Shown piece by piece: positions 32,601 through 45,800 of a DNA stretch of 64,000 bases. Below the pieces are notes generated by a model. The model was not told the DNA's origin, made no database searches, and worked only from the letters and a program-made list of their open reading frames with translations. The position numbers were made by a program, and so were the translations under genes. Each line of letters opens with the position of its first letter. The first letter of the stretch is position 1. This DNA comes from Eledone cirrhosa. Its lineage: Eukaryota. The stretch is taken from contig OZ024759.1 of NCBI GenBank assembly GCA_964016885.1, positions 36,518,001 through 36,582,000 of the forward strand. The letters run 5' to 3'.

Positions 32601-33099
32601 GGTTTGATCTAATCGACTTACCCCTCCCCTAAATTGATGGCTTTTGCTTAAATTAGAAACCTTTATAATAGTAGAGTAATTAGAAAGTTTGAAGTCTTCT
32701 ACGATTTACTAATTGAAACGAAAGAAAAGTTGAAAAGTATTAAAAATTAATTTCACGTGTGTCTTTGGTAAAAGGATATGAGGGAGGGGTGTCGTTTTTA
32801 GTTGGAAAGTAAAAGACTGATAGCAAAAGAGAAAGTGATAGAATAATAGGGAGAGAGAGGAGGAGAAAGAAAGAAAGAGAAAGAAGTATAATGAGACGAA
32901 GAAAGAAAGAAAAAGCAGAGAGGATGGCATAAGAAAGTACTGCGAGGAGACGGAGGGAGATGACATTGCTGGAGAAAAATAATGGTAGTAAGGATGAGAG
33001 GGAGGAGGAGAAAGTGAGACAAAGGGGTGAAGTAGAGAGAGAATGATGTAGATATAAAGAGAGAAAGAATTTGAGATAATGAAAGAAAGAAGGGAAAAA

Positions 33100-33951
33100 C
33101 GGTCGCCCATTCTCGCTCTTTTACATCTCCGTATGATAGGCGCGTAACAAGTGGCTGTGATTTGAGGAAGTTGAGAAACAGCTGTGAAAGACATCCAATC
33201 AGAAGAGGCGTCTTTGGAATATGAAGGGAAAAAAATTAAAGAGAGAGAAAAAGAAGTAAAAAAAGTAACGTGTTAATGCTGCTCGTGGTGGTGACGACGA
33301 CGAGGAAGGCGGCGGCAACCTCTACCACAAGAAGAAGGCGACGGCGGTGGCGAATTCTACGATAAGAAAGAAGGCGGTGGCGGCGTTGATGACGACCTTT
33401 ATGACAAGGGGGCGGTGACGGTGGTGTTGTTGCATGTGTTGAAGGAAAGATAACTCTTGCCTTACTTAACAACACAGTGTTAGTCTCAGCCAAGTCAGCC
33501 ACTTACTCAGTCCACTATTGTTCCAAGCATCCCCACATGGGGGTTTGACCCGAGACGTTTTTTTTGGCACGAAAATAATCATTTAAAATATATATATACT
33601 ATTTTTTTTTTTTAGTATGCCTCCTGTGACAACAATCATTGCGATTATCTGAATTAGGATTAAGCAAGAAAAAAATAACTAAACTGCAAAAAAAAGAAAG
33701 CTCCCCCACCGAATGGACAATATATATATAGTTGGACATTTAAAAAGAAAATTTTTTCTCTGTATGTATCGTTAAGAAATTAATTTGTTCTTCCTCCTCT
33801 GCGGTTTAAAAGAAAATTATATAAGATAGAAATATCTATATTGATATAAAAACCAATATATATATAATATATAGTTTATATATTATCACAAAATCCAGCT
33901 AAGAGAGATTGAGAAAGGCGCATCATTCGAAAAAAAAAAATCTTAACCGCC
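33100..33951 (+). promoter_or_regulatory. Probable KPNB1 promoter / 5' UTR region
   Basis: CpG-enriched GGCGGC-rich patch at 33285-33425, CCAAT near 33195 and Kozak-like GCCATGG at 33949-33955. The TSS cannot be determined from sequence. Confidence 0.45.
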
Positions 33952-33991
33952 ATGGATCTTATTACAGTTCTAGAGAAGACTGTTTCTACTG
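33952..33991 (+). CDS. KPNB1: KPNB1 exon 1
   Basis: [13 protein letters not shown]; donor GTAAGA. Confidence 0.94.
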
Positions 33992-34764
33992 GTAAGAAGA
34001 AGAATTTACACATTTATTCATATTAAAAATATATATTTTTAGCTAATCTTACTCATCTTTGTATATTCGTGTCATTTTAAATTGATTTCGGTTTCTTTTT
34101 TTAAATATCCATAACGATTTATTTGAAAATCTTGGAGATATATTTAAATATATATTCCCTTCCACTCACACACACACGTGTGTACATTATATATGTATGT
34201 ATAGCTAGATAGGCAGTTAAATATTTAGACATGTATGTAGATCTACATATATATATTTATACGCATATGCACATCATTTAAATGTCTAGATCAATCTTTG
34301 TACGACTATGCCAACATACCAACCAGCCGACAAGATACCGGCTACATCAGTCAGGAAACATGGCTATTGGCACACATACATACACTCTTACACATACACA
34401 CTTGTACATACACACACTCTTACACACATACCATATACACTCCTACACATGTACATACCTACACATAGTGATATGTATATATTTAGCTGTAGAAATATAT
34501 GTATATATATATAGAGATTGCCGATATGTGCAGATATATATATATATGCCTATTTCGTCAACCTACATACTTCTATATATATCATTATACACACATATAT
34601 ATATATACTACGCTATATAAAATGCCCGTGGATGAGGTGGATTACGATACATATATCTATATTACATGAATTGTAATCCCTCTCATCCACGGGAATTTTA
34701 TATAACATTGTGTATATATATATCACTTAAAATTACACACACACACGTGTGTGTTTATATATCT

Positions 34765-34796
<32 letters not shown>

Positions 34797-34860
34797 ATTT
34801 TAAAGTGATATGTTTGCCGCTATTTCATCTTTTCGCACCTCTATCGCCTTTTACTCTTCC

Positions 34861-34940
<80 letters not shown>

Positions 34941-35159
34941 CAACTTCGATTCATACCAAATATGTATGTATATATATATATATATATATATGTGTGGAAG
35001 ACTGATTAGAAAACTGGTATATGCCGGCAACGTGTACGACTCGTAATATTAACCACATTATATACGATTTAATCTGTTAGACTGTCCTCTATTATACATT
35101 CATATATGTATAGTATGTATATATATATATTTATAGTGTGTATTTAATAATTGAAATCT

Positions 35160-35204
<45 letters not shown>

Positions 35205-35378
35205 GAGACAAGTGAACTTGAAACAGCGCAACAATTCCTGGAACAAGCCGCTCTACAAAATCTAGTATGTATATAGAGTATATATCTATATATATATATG
35301 AGTGTGAAATATGTATAAAATTGTTTTAGCTTTATGGTTATGGAGGGGGGGAATCTACCAAATCCCAGAATACTCTAT

Positions 35379-35443
<65 letters not shown>

Positions 35444-36644
35444 TCTAATTATATAGTGAATCGGAGATTGCCATAACGATGATGATTGCTATAGATATAG
35501 ATAAATCGATAGCTATAGTTACTGATTGATGTGTGTGTGTGTGTGTATATATATGTGTGCGTGGTGGAGATAGATTGCAATAGAGGAACTAAGTGATAAA
35601 GTTACTGAGAGAGTGGGGTGTAAGGTAGGGAGAATGGAGTGACAGACGAAGGTAGTATTTCATAGAGAGGAGGAGAGGAAAGAAGAGATTGATAAAGAGA
35701 GGAAGTGAGTGACAAACGAAGGCAGTGTCATAGAGAGGGTGGGAGCAAATTACAGAAGGCTAGAGGGAGTGAGTGAGAGACGAATGTAATGTATAATAGA
35801 GAGGGAGTGAGAAATAACCAGTCGGTCTATCCAATATGGCTACTGAAGGCCGATTAAGAATTTTAAAGCACTAATAAAGACATTTATTATTAAATTAATT
35901 TAAACATCGGGTGGTTTATCTTCCAAACTAATGTCTACTGTTAATTTAGATAAATTCAGATCATTAAAAAAAATTGGTATTTCTGTAGATAATTTCAAAA
36001 AATTGATTTCACCGTGTGATGTGTGTTTTCGTTATATGGAGTTGTGTTGTAACTGTTACATCATATATATACTGTATATATGTTTGTGTGTATATATATA
36101 TCTATATATCTGGGTGTTGGATTAGATTGATGGAATAAATAGTAAGATTTGTGTGTTGTGTTCAACCAGTTTGAAATTCTATGTCGGACAGGCAGTGTGT
36201 GTGTGTGTGTGTGTGTGTATATAATATATATATATTTTGTGTTCATTATGTTTGTCATGGCTTTATAATCCGTTGACAATTATATATGTACGAAATTCCT
36301 CGCTTGTGTCTGTATATATGTCAGCATAGCTATTTGTTAAAAATTAACATTTTACTATTATAAATTGTTCACGCCTTACCGCCAAATTAGCCCAAGTCGA
36401 TGCTGTCTGTTGAAGACATTGCATCTAATATATACACATATATATAAAAGCATGCGTGTTTAAATATTGAATGGTGACAATAAAATCGATCTTTTGAATA
36501 TGGTTAATTTTTTTTAATCTTTAGTTGGGTTGAATTACAATCGGAATAAAATTGGTGAATCTGGGCAGATGAATAGTTTTCTTGTAAGAAATACTGTCAG
36601 TGTGATTTGTGGTAGACTAGCCAACATCCATCTCTTTATACCAT

Positions 36645-36675
<31 letters not shown>

Positions 36676-37733
36676 GACACAAGGGTGTATAACTTTTCAG
36701 GTTAAATTCCTAAACGCTATGTTAGAAATAGGTCCGGGATATACATATGTATTTATTTATATATATAATATATATATATGGAGGTCCGGGATATATATGT
36801 GTGTGTCCGAGTGTTGTAAAATGGCGTTTGAGATTTTGACATGAAAACTTATACACCCTCGTATGTGTAATTGTTTCTGTCGATCTGTCTAACTATCTGT
36901 ACCCAGTCTACTGAGAAAATGGGTGCCTGTGAAGGCTTTTCTATCATTCTTGGAAAGATATTCGCTACGTTGGCGTATATACACGTGCGTGTTTGTGGGT
37001 AATGTGCGGGTGTGTATATATATATATATGTTACCGAGGTTATAGAAAATATATTCCCTATGGCCTCGATAAGTAGACTATATAATATATATATATGGAA
37101 TCTACAGGATTGTCTTGAATAAGGAGTGGCATTGGTTGTTTAGCTAAGTCAACCCTGGTAACAACACGTATATTCTAACCGGTCTTTAGATGTGATAAGT
37201 GCTTCCCCCCCCCCTCCCTCTAAAAAAATGTGGGGTATGATTTTATGGATACTTAGCTGCTATTTCTAATTAGTATCTCTACCTGATTTTTTTTGGTATA
37301 TCAGGGAAGTAAGAAGGGGCTGAAATTCGTTTAGTTTGGGGCCAGCCCTATAAAGATATTTTTGTTTAAAAGACGTTAGGGGTATGATTTGAGGGATGCT
37401 TAGCTGCTATATCTAATTAGTCTACATGATCTCTACTGTGTAGGAGAGTGAGGGAAGTGTTGGCGAGAGCTGTAATACATATGTGTATGCCATACAAGTG
37501 TAATTGGCGTGGTAGTGCTGGTGGTGGTAATTTTATTAATCGAAAATATCATCTCTACTGCTTTTTAAAAAAAAAAAAAATCCTGTCTTAATCTGTTGCC
37601 GCCTGTTAGTGGAGGTGGCCAATTAACCGTCTCTCTTCTACCGTAGTAAGTTTTTTTTTTCTTTTGAGTTATTTCGACATCTACCTCACCACCACATCAC
37701 CTCCTTCACAATTTTGTAGCCGATTGAAGTGTA

Positions 37734-37793
<60 letters not shown>

Positions 37794-38805
37794 GTGTGTG
37801 TGTGTGTGTGTGAGCATATACTTGAGTGGTCGTTACGCAGTTGAGACTGAAACCTCATTCAAACGGACAGTTGATTTATGGTGGTAGTTGTAAGGTTTAT
37901 ATTATTGATGTTGGTTAATCATTGTAGTGGTGGTCTTTTAACGTGTATTATATATATATATTTATTTATTTACATCATCGATTAACGTCTTTCACGTTAG
38001 CATGGGTCAGACGGGTTTGTCCCGTTTAGAGGCAAGTTGGGTCGGTTGACCGTGTCTAGCACATATATATATATCGTGTGTGTATAAATATATATATATG
38101 TATATATAAATAAAAATCGCAGTTGGTCTGTGTGCAGTTAAGTTTTATGTGTATATATATATATAATGTATATAGTCACTGTTGGTGTGTGTTTGTGAAG
38201 TTAATTCTGTTGAGTGTTTGTCTGTCTATATAATATAATATAATATATATATATATATTATATATATAGTCACGGTTGGTCTACATACATGTGTGTGTCT
38301 GTAGTTAAGTGCTGTTGTCGCCGCTATTTTCCCACTTCCTCCCGCCATTCTGCATGCAATTATGGAAACGTTTTTACTCGGGTTGGTCGGGTACTTAGTT
38401 TTTTTTTTTTGTTTTTTTTTTTCTTAGTTAAGACTATGGGAAAAGCAGTTAGGCCGACTGACACCTGCTTTATTTGTGAGGCCTGGATGACTTTGGTGTC
38501 TTCCCCCCATCGCAGTGTCTCTAAAACAACGAGACCCCTTTCCCTTCATTAAACCGCTTGCTCTCTTGTCCACCCCTTCATCCTCCACTTGAGTTGCCAT
38601 ATTGGTGTCGTTGGAGTTAATAGAATTGTAAAATGGTGGTGGTTTTTATTGTATAAATGTGTGTATATATATAATATATATATATATATATAATATATAT
38701 ATACATGCACACACACGCACAGAGTATGCGGAATGAATCTTGGTGTGACTGACGAGATATTTTCATGTGTATGTATACTGTACGTTATGGTTGTAAAGTA
38801 GAATG

Positions 38806-38837
<32 letters not shown>

Positions 38838-39799
38838 GCATACATTTCTGTGTGTGTGTATGTCGTCACATTTCTGTCAGCGTGCACTGATGACATTTTA
38901 AAGTGATGAATACATATATTAGTCAAAATGGTCGAGGAGGTAGTTAAAGACTGTTGGACTGGTTTTTTACTATATGTATATATATTTAACGATCAACGAT
39001 TCCTCCCGGCTTCCTATTACACTGCAGGCTTTTCGTGGGCTAACATATTCTTACGCAGCTGTTATATTTTAGCCCAATCTGTTTACATGTCATAATACTA
39101 TATATAATCTTGATGGGGTGTAAAACGGTTAGAATTAGGCGGAATTAGTTGTGCTCTTCTTCTTTGGTAAACACATTCAGTGTATTTCATGAGAAATATG
39201 GCCATGAAAAGAATTAAATGCTTACATTGTTGTCAAATAAAATTCTAGGGTCACATCCTATCTTATGTATTTTGGCCACAAATTAGACACTGCCACTCCA
39301 TTATCTGGAGAAGGAGATGGCCAAATACTGGGACTTCCTTTTTGTGCGTCAGTTGCTGTTGAGGTCTCTGGTGTCCTCAGTCCCTGGACTGATATTTTTC
39401 TCTGTAAAATTGGGAGTGGTCCACATGGTGAGGTGTCTCCGTGCAGTGAGTGGGTGTTTCTTACTGTTCTGTGTGACAATACCTTCACCATTTTGTCTAC
39501 AAAGGCACTGCTGAAATATGCCCTCGAGACTGGGGTGTAATGTCTTGTCTTCCCCACTTTCCCTTTCGTTATTAATTTTTTTCCCTCTATCTCCATACGA
39601 TATGTAGTCAGTAACATTACATATATTAAAAAGAATATTCAGTTCTTTAGTCAAAGTAGACCCTGTTTTTTGTTAGATTGTTAGTTTATCATGCCCTGTT
39701 GTGCTTGCTATTAACTAGTTTGTGTTGGTTGGTTGCTCTGACTAGAGGGACTGTTGTAAGCTAATTGCAGTGTTATGGAAGAGACCTAGCTGCTGAACA

Positions 39800-39836
<37 letters not shown>

Positions 39837-42800
39837 GAGAGAGAGATAAAGCATGTATGTATACATATAGTTATAATGCATGTATGTGTGTAGATATATA
39901 TATGTACGTGTGTATGCATGTTGCTGCTGATTCATTTGGTGTTGGTGCAGACATTAGGAGATATATGGGGGGGGGGGTAGTTAGTGACCAACAAGTACAA
40001 TGATCACAGCTACTAAACAGCATTAAGGCTGCTGTGGAATGTCCTGTCCCCTAATCAGGTAACTATATACAGGGTGAGGCAAAAGTTGAGCACCATATAA
40101 CAATTTAATAACTAGTAAATAAAATTTTCATGTGTAATACTTTTAATAGATTATCCCTATGGTGCGTGACTTTTGCCTCACCCTGTGTCATCATCATAAT
40201 TTAATGTCCATTTTCCTCGCTATGAGACAAGTCGGGTCCAGAGACCACATCATGCTTATACAGATCTGTATTTTGGCTTGGTTTCTACAGCTGGATGCCC
40301 TTCCTAACGCCAACCACGTTATAAATATTTAGTAAAACTTCAAAACGAGTCAGTCAGTGGGTCTTCAAATATTCCATCCCATTAGCCCCAGTCCAATAGT
40401 ATAAAACATGTTAGCGAAATGAAATTTATAGGTTTCTCTGTTTAATAAAAGGGACCCCAGTCCTATCACACACGCATATATATATGTTACAGCTCACGCC
40501 TATATAAGTATAGCTGGGTTCCTAGGAGGTTGTATCTCATAGGTTTTTCAGTTGTTTTAAATATAGTAGCCCTGTCCTCTCATGGTTGTATTTCACGTTT
40601 TTCGGGTGTTTTAATGATAGTGGTCCCAGGCCTATCATGAAAAGGCAATGTGAAATAAATTCTTGCTCAAGAGCACAATGAAATTCATGCTCTCACCCTA
40701 ACCACTAGGTCATGTGTCTTGTAGTATTTATATTAGTAATGGAATAAGCAATTGTTTAGACTACTATAAATATTTAAAATATTTTTCAGAACATCTGTTG
40801 AGTCAGTGTTGTATGGATCAGTACATGGACCCTGATACAAGCACTTGGCAAGAGACTAGATGCTACATACTCTACAATACTTAGGGTTGTACAAAACAAA
40901 CTGACATCAATGTATTAGAAATGAAAGTTTATATGGAAACTTGCCCAAGATAATGACTACAATTGCTCAAAGATGGTTATGATTTGCAGGACATTTCTGG
41001 AGAAGTATGTAAGAAGTTATACACAAGTTACTATTGTGGGAACCAACTCACAGAAGACCTGCTCAAACTTTCATTAGTCAACTCTGACAATACGGGAATT
41101 GGAGACTTTGTCAGGAATGTTCAACTGTGGTCGCAATGATGATATTACTATAAATTCCTGTAATTGTTGCTTGTGATTTTTGAATTCTGTTTCAGATTCT
41201 GTAGCTTTTACATCATGGTGTCTGACTTAGTTTTTGTCAAGTCTCTGGTGGCTTTGATCTTTCCATATTGTTGTGAGAGCAGGACTCTTACAGCCGACAT
41301 GGAGGGAAGAACTCAGGCATTCAAGCACAAGTGCTTCAGAGGTCTGCTACACAGCTTTGACAGGCAGCAAGTCAACAAATATGTTGATAGAACCATTCCT
41401 TATGATGGTGAAAAGACAGCTCACCTGGTATGGTCACATATCCCGCCATACTTCAGACCACAGTTGAGGGTGGGTGTAGAAGCTAAAGAAAAAAATCCCG
41501 GTCTGACATCACACTGGACAGGTCACAACGCTGTGGCCCTTCTATTTTACACATGACAGAGGGTAGACCAGTCAGTTTGACTGACTGACTACCTGTTGTG
41601 GGAACTTGATGATTGCTGTAAGGTTTAACATGATTTGTGTTGATAGAATGGGATGTGGTAGAGATTGAATATAAACAGTTGCAGTAGTCATCATCATGGG
41701 ACCACGGTGGAACATTCCTAACAAAGTCTCTTCCAATTCACGATTTTCCATTGCTCCTAGTAACTGCTCCCTACTGAGTTTTGTATTGGCTGAGGGTTCG
41801 AGCAGGTCTTCTCTACCGTCTCTCCCATAAGCTGGTTCCCACGGTAGCTTATGTATAACTTCCTCTATTGTCTCCCATGAGTTGATTCCCACAATAGTAT
41901 CTTGGGTATAACCTGACTGCTTCTCCCATAAGTTAGTTCCCACAATAGTATCTTGTGTTTAACTTTCTCTACTGCATTTCCCATAAGTTGGTTCCCACAA
42001 TAGTAGCTTGTGTATAACTTCCTCTATTGTCTCCCATGAATTGGTTCCCACAATAGTAGCTTGTGTATAACTTCCTCTATTGTCTCCCATGAATTGGTTC
42101 CCACAATAGTAGCTTGTGTATAACTTCCTCTATTGTCTCCCATGAATTGGTTCCCACAATAGTAGCTTGTGTATAACTTGACTGCTTCTCCCATGAGTTG
42201 GTTCCCACAATAGTAGCTTGTGTATAACTTCCTCTATTGTCTCCCATGAATTGGTTCCCACAATAGTAGCTTGTGTATAACTTCCTCTATTGTCTCCCAT
42301 GAATTGGTTCCCACAATAGTAGCTTGTGTATAACTTGACTGCTTCTCCCATGAGTTGGTTCCCACAATAGTAGCTTGTGTATAACTTCCTCTATTGTCTC
42401 CCATGAATTGGTTCCCACAATAGTAGCTTGTGTATAACTTCCTCTATTGTCTCCCATGAATTGGTTCCCACAATAGTAGCTTGTGTATAACTTGACTGCT
42501 TCTCCCATGAGTTGCTTCCCACAATAGTAGCTTGTGTATAACTTGACTGCTTCTCCCATGAGTTGGTTCCCACAATAGTAGCTTGTGTATAACTTCCTGC
42601 TTACTTCTGCTTTGTCCTGCAAATCAGTAGTTGTTAAAATGTATGATGTTGAACTATTAGAAATATTACTTACTGTGGAAGATAACTTGATCAAAGGACG
42701 ACTCAGTACGAGGCAGGAAAGCCTGCTGATGTTGGTTTATTGTTAACATTAACGTGATTAATTCTTATTGTCCAGCATTGCCACAGTAATAAGACTAGGA

Positions 42801-45800
42801 AAGTACAAAATAGTACTATGGCTGTATCACATTAAAAATTAGTCTTTAGTCTAATGCTGCAAATGTTCATAAGCTGTCTACTAGTAAAGATACCATAAAC
42901 ATTTGAATTATAAACCACATGAAACATTAACAAGACATTCTTGAAATGTATGAAATATCACTAGAATTACATCACATTAAAAATTAGTCTTTACTTTAAT
43001 ATTGCAGATTTTTCACAATGATCTGTCCTGTAAATTGTCTGCCTTTTAAGGCCATTTTATTCACCTTATGACACACATGAGTATTGTGAACATACTCTAA
43101 ACTGGTACATCTTTGTTATAACCCTTTCATTACCATATAGTGACGTGCATGCAATTTCAATTAGTTAAGGAAGAATTTGAAGAGATTTACTAAAATGATT
43201 TCAATAATGTTCTGATACCAAATTATGTTTGATGGTTTCAGTTTAAATGGTAGCCATTTAAACTGGCTATATCCAGCCAATTCTCTCGCCTCTTTCTCTT
43301 CAGACTGGTCGTAACCAGCCACTCATACCAACGTTAAGGTATTATTCTCAAAATAAATATCAAAATCACATAGATTCAATATTATGTGAGGTAAAGCCTT
43401 TACTGTGAAAATATAGTATATATAGAGTAGTGTAAATGGTTAAGATGGATGGCTTGGTTTCATAGAACCAGTCAGTTTTGGTCAGGTTGGTATCAAGTGT
43501 TTTAAAAAAAAATGTTTGCGAAAATTTCCTTACTTTTTACATCATTTTAAAATGTATTTTCTCTGACTTTTCCAGCCTGAGCTATTAAAGAAATTATCAG
43601 ACATCTTAAAACATGGAGGGAACAGCCCAGTGGCCCGTATGCAAGCTGGTCTACAGCTTAAAAATGCCGTTTATTCCAAGGACCCCGCAATCAAGACAAC
43701 TTACCAGCAGCGATGGCTCCAGTTCACTGAAGAAATACGAGTATATATAAAGAAAAATGTAAGTTTAATTTCTTTTGTTACTATATCTCTAACAAAGTGT
43801 ACCAACAATAGCTGGAGGTTTAACCCTGCAATGAACTGATGTCCTGTCCGGTGGAGGACTCTTGTATTCTCAGTCACTTCACGTCATGGAACCAGGATAA
43901 GCACCAGCCTAACGAGCCTTCTGACAGACTTTTAGATCTTTAGTGTATGAAGGGATTGTTGGGGTGGTGGTGAAAATATTAATGTGGCAGCTACATTCAT
44001 GTGTAAAGTGTGTATGGAGCTAGATGAAGAGGATGTTGAGCAGGATCTTGGGAATGGTGTGGAAGGTTTACCTTTAAGATATGTTGGAGAGGGTGGATCA
44101 GACTCTGTAACAGTATCTAGAGTGAGTTGTGCATGGAAGATGTTCCGGGGACCGAGTGGTGTACTAATGAGGAGGGGGTGTTGTTGAAACGGGAGGGAAT
44201 AGTGTCTGCCTTGTGTGTGATAAGTGAGATAATTTATGGGTGGTGAACATGGAACAGCAGAGAATGCTGCGGAGAAAGGAAATGAGAATGGATCTGTGTG
44301 TAGATGAGTAGAGTATTGCTGAGAGTGAGAGGAGGACAAAGTATGAATTGCAGAGAATGATGGGAAGAGTAGAACCAGTGATGAGAAAAGGAATGAAATG
44401 GTTGGGTCATGGGGTAGAATGAAGAAAAACATAGCTGGGGGTAATTGTTTCTAGTTTTGGCACAAGGCCAGCAATTATCCCCAGTGCATTACTGGTGCTT
44501 TATTTTATCGATCCGGTAAGGATGAAAGGCAAAGTTAACTTTGGCGGGAGGCCAGGGGTTTGGTGAGATGTGCAGCTGATTGTGAAAATGAATTAGCTTG
44601 TCATGGGGCCTGCAAGGATAGCCCTTCCTTTAACAGGGAAAAACTGCCTTTAAAATGTTTGCTTTTGTTTACATATATATTGTTTTTATTTGTAGGTATT
44701 GGAGTCGTTAGGGACGGAGACAATTCGTCCAAGCTCTGCAGCCCAATGTGTAGCATATATTGCTTGTGCTGAACTTCCCCAAGGGTTCTGGCCAGATCTT
44801 ATTCCTTTGTTAACGCAAAATATTACCAATCCTAGCAGCACTGAACTAACAAAAGAAGCTACCTTAGAGTCTATTGGTTATATTTGCCAGGATATAGTAA
44901 GTTATTTAACCCTTTCATTACTATATTTCTAACTATTTGCCAGGATATAGTAAGTTATTTAACCCTTTCATTACTATATTTCTAACTATTTGCCAGGATA
45001 TAGTAAGTTATTTAACCCTTTCATTACTATATTTCTAACTATTTGCCAGGATATAGTAAGTTATTTAACCCTTTCATTACTATATTTCTAACTATTTGCC
45101 AGGATATAGTAAGTTATTTAACCCTTTCATTACTATATTTCTAACTATTTGCTCCGATATAGTAAAATATATCGTTATTGTATGCATAGTTAAAATTTTA
45201 AATTAAAAAATATTTACTTTTCCAGGAACCAGAGATATTGGCATCACAATCTAATGAAATTTTAACAGCAATTGTAAATGGGATGCGCAAAGAAGAATCA
45301 AGGTGCCAGATACTGTTTTTATTTTTATACATTTTTAGGAGGTTTAAAATAGTTTAACTATTGCATTAGACTACAAATGATTTCCAATTAATTTTGAAGA
45401 AGCAAGTCGACTCATATAAGGTCAGCTAAACTTGCATAAGTATGAGCTGTAAATTTCATATAATTTTTTATTTTTCTTCTGTTAAATGTTTTTAATATTT
45501 AAATGTTTTCATCTCTTTCAGTAATCATGTTAGATTAGCTGCTACAAATGCTCTTCTGAATTCTTTGGAGTTCACAAAGACAAATTTTGATAAAGATGTA
45601 AGTATAAATCTATATATCTATACTTTTATGGTTTGGTTTATTTTTTAATATTTTCTTATGAAATACAATCTGGCCAAGTGCATTAATCTTTATGCCAAAT
45701 TGCAACTGACAAGTTTCTGTCCATATTAGGAACTATATTAATTAACCCTTTAGCATTTAAACCGGCTGTATCCGGCCAGAATTCTCTTGCCGTTTTCTGT

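Noticed and set aside
38885-38970. Intronic C/D-box snoRNA (GTGATGA at 38902)
   Set aside because: No CTGA D box or terminal stem at a suitable distance.
39258-39654. Overlapping 65-119 aa ORFs in KPNB1 intron 2
   Set aside because: No recognisable homology, and the KPNB1 model is complete without them.
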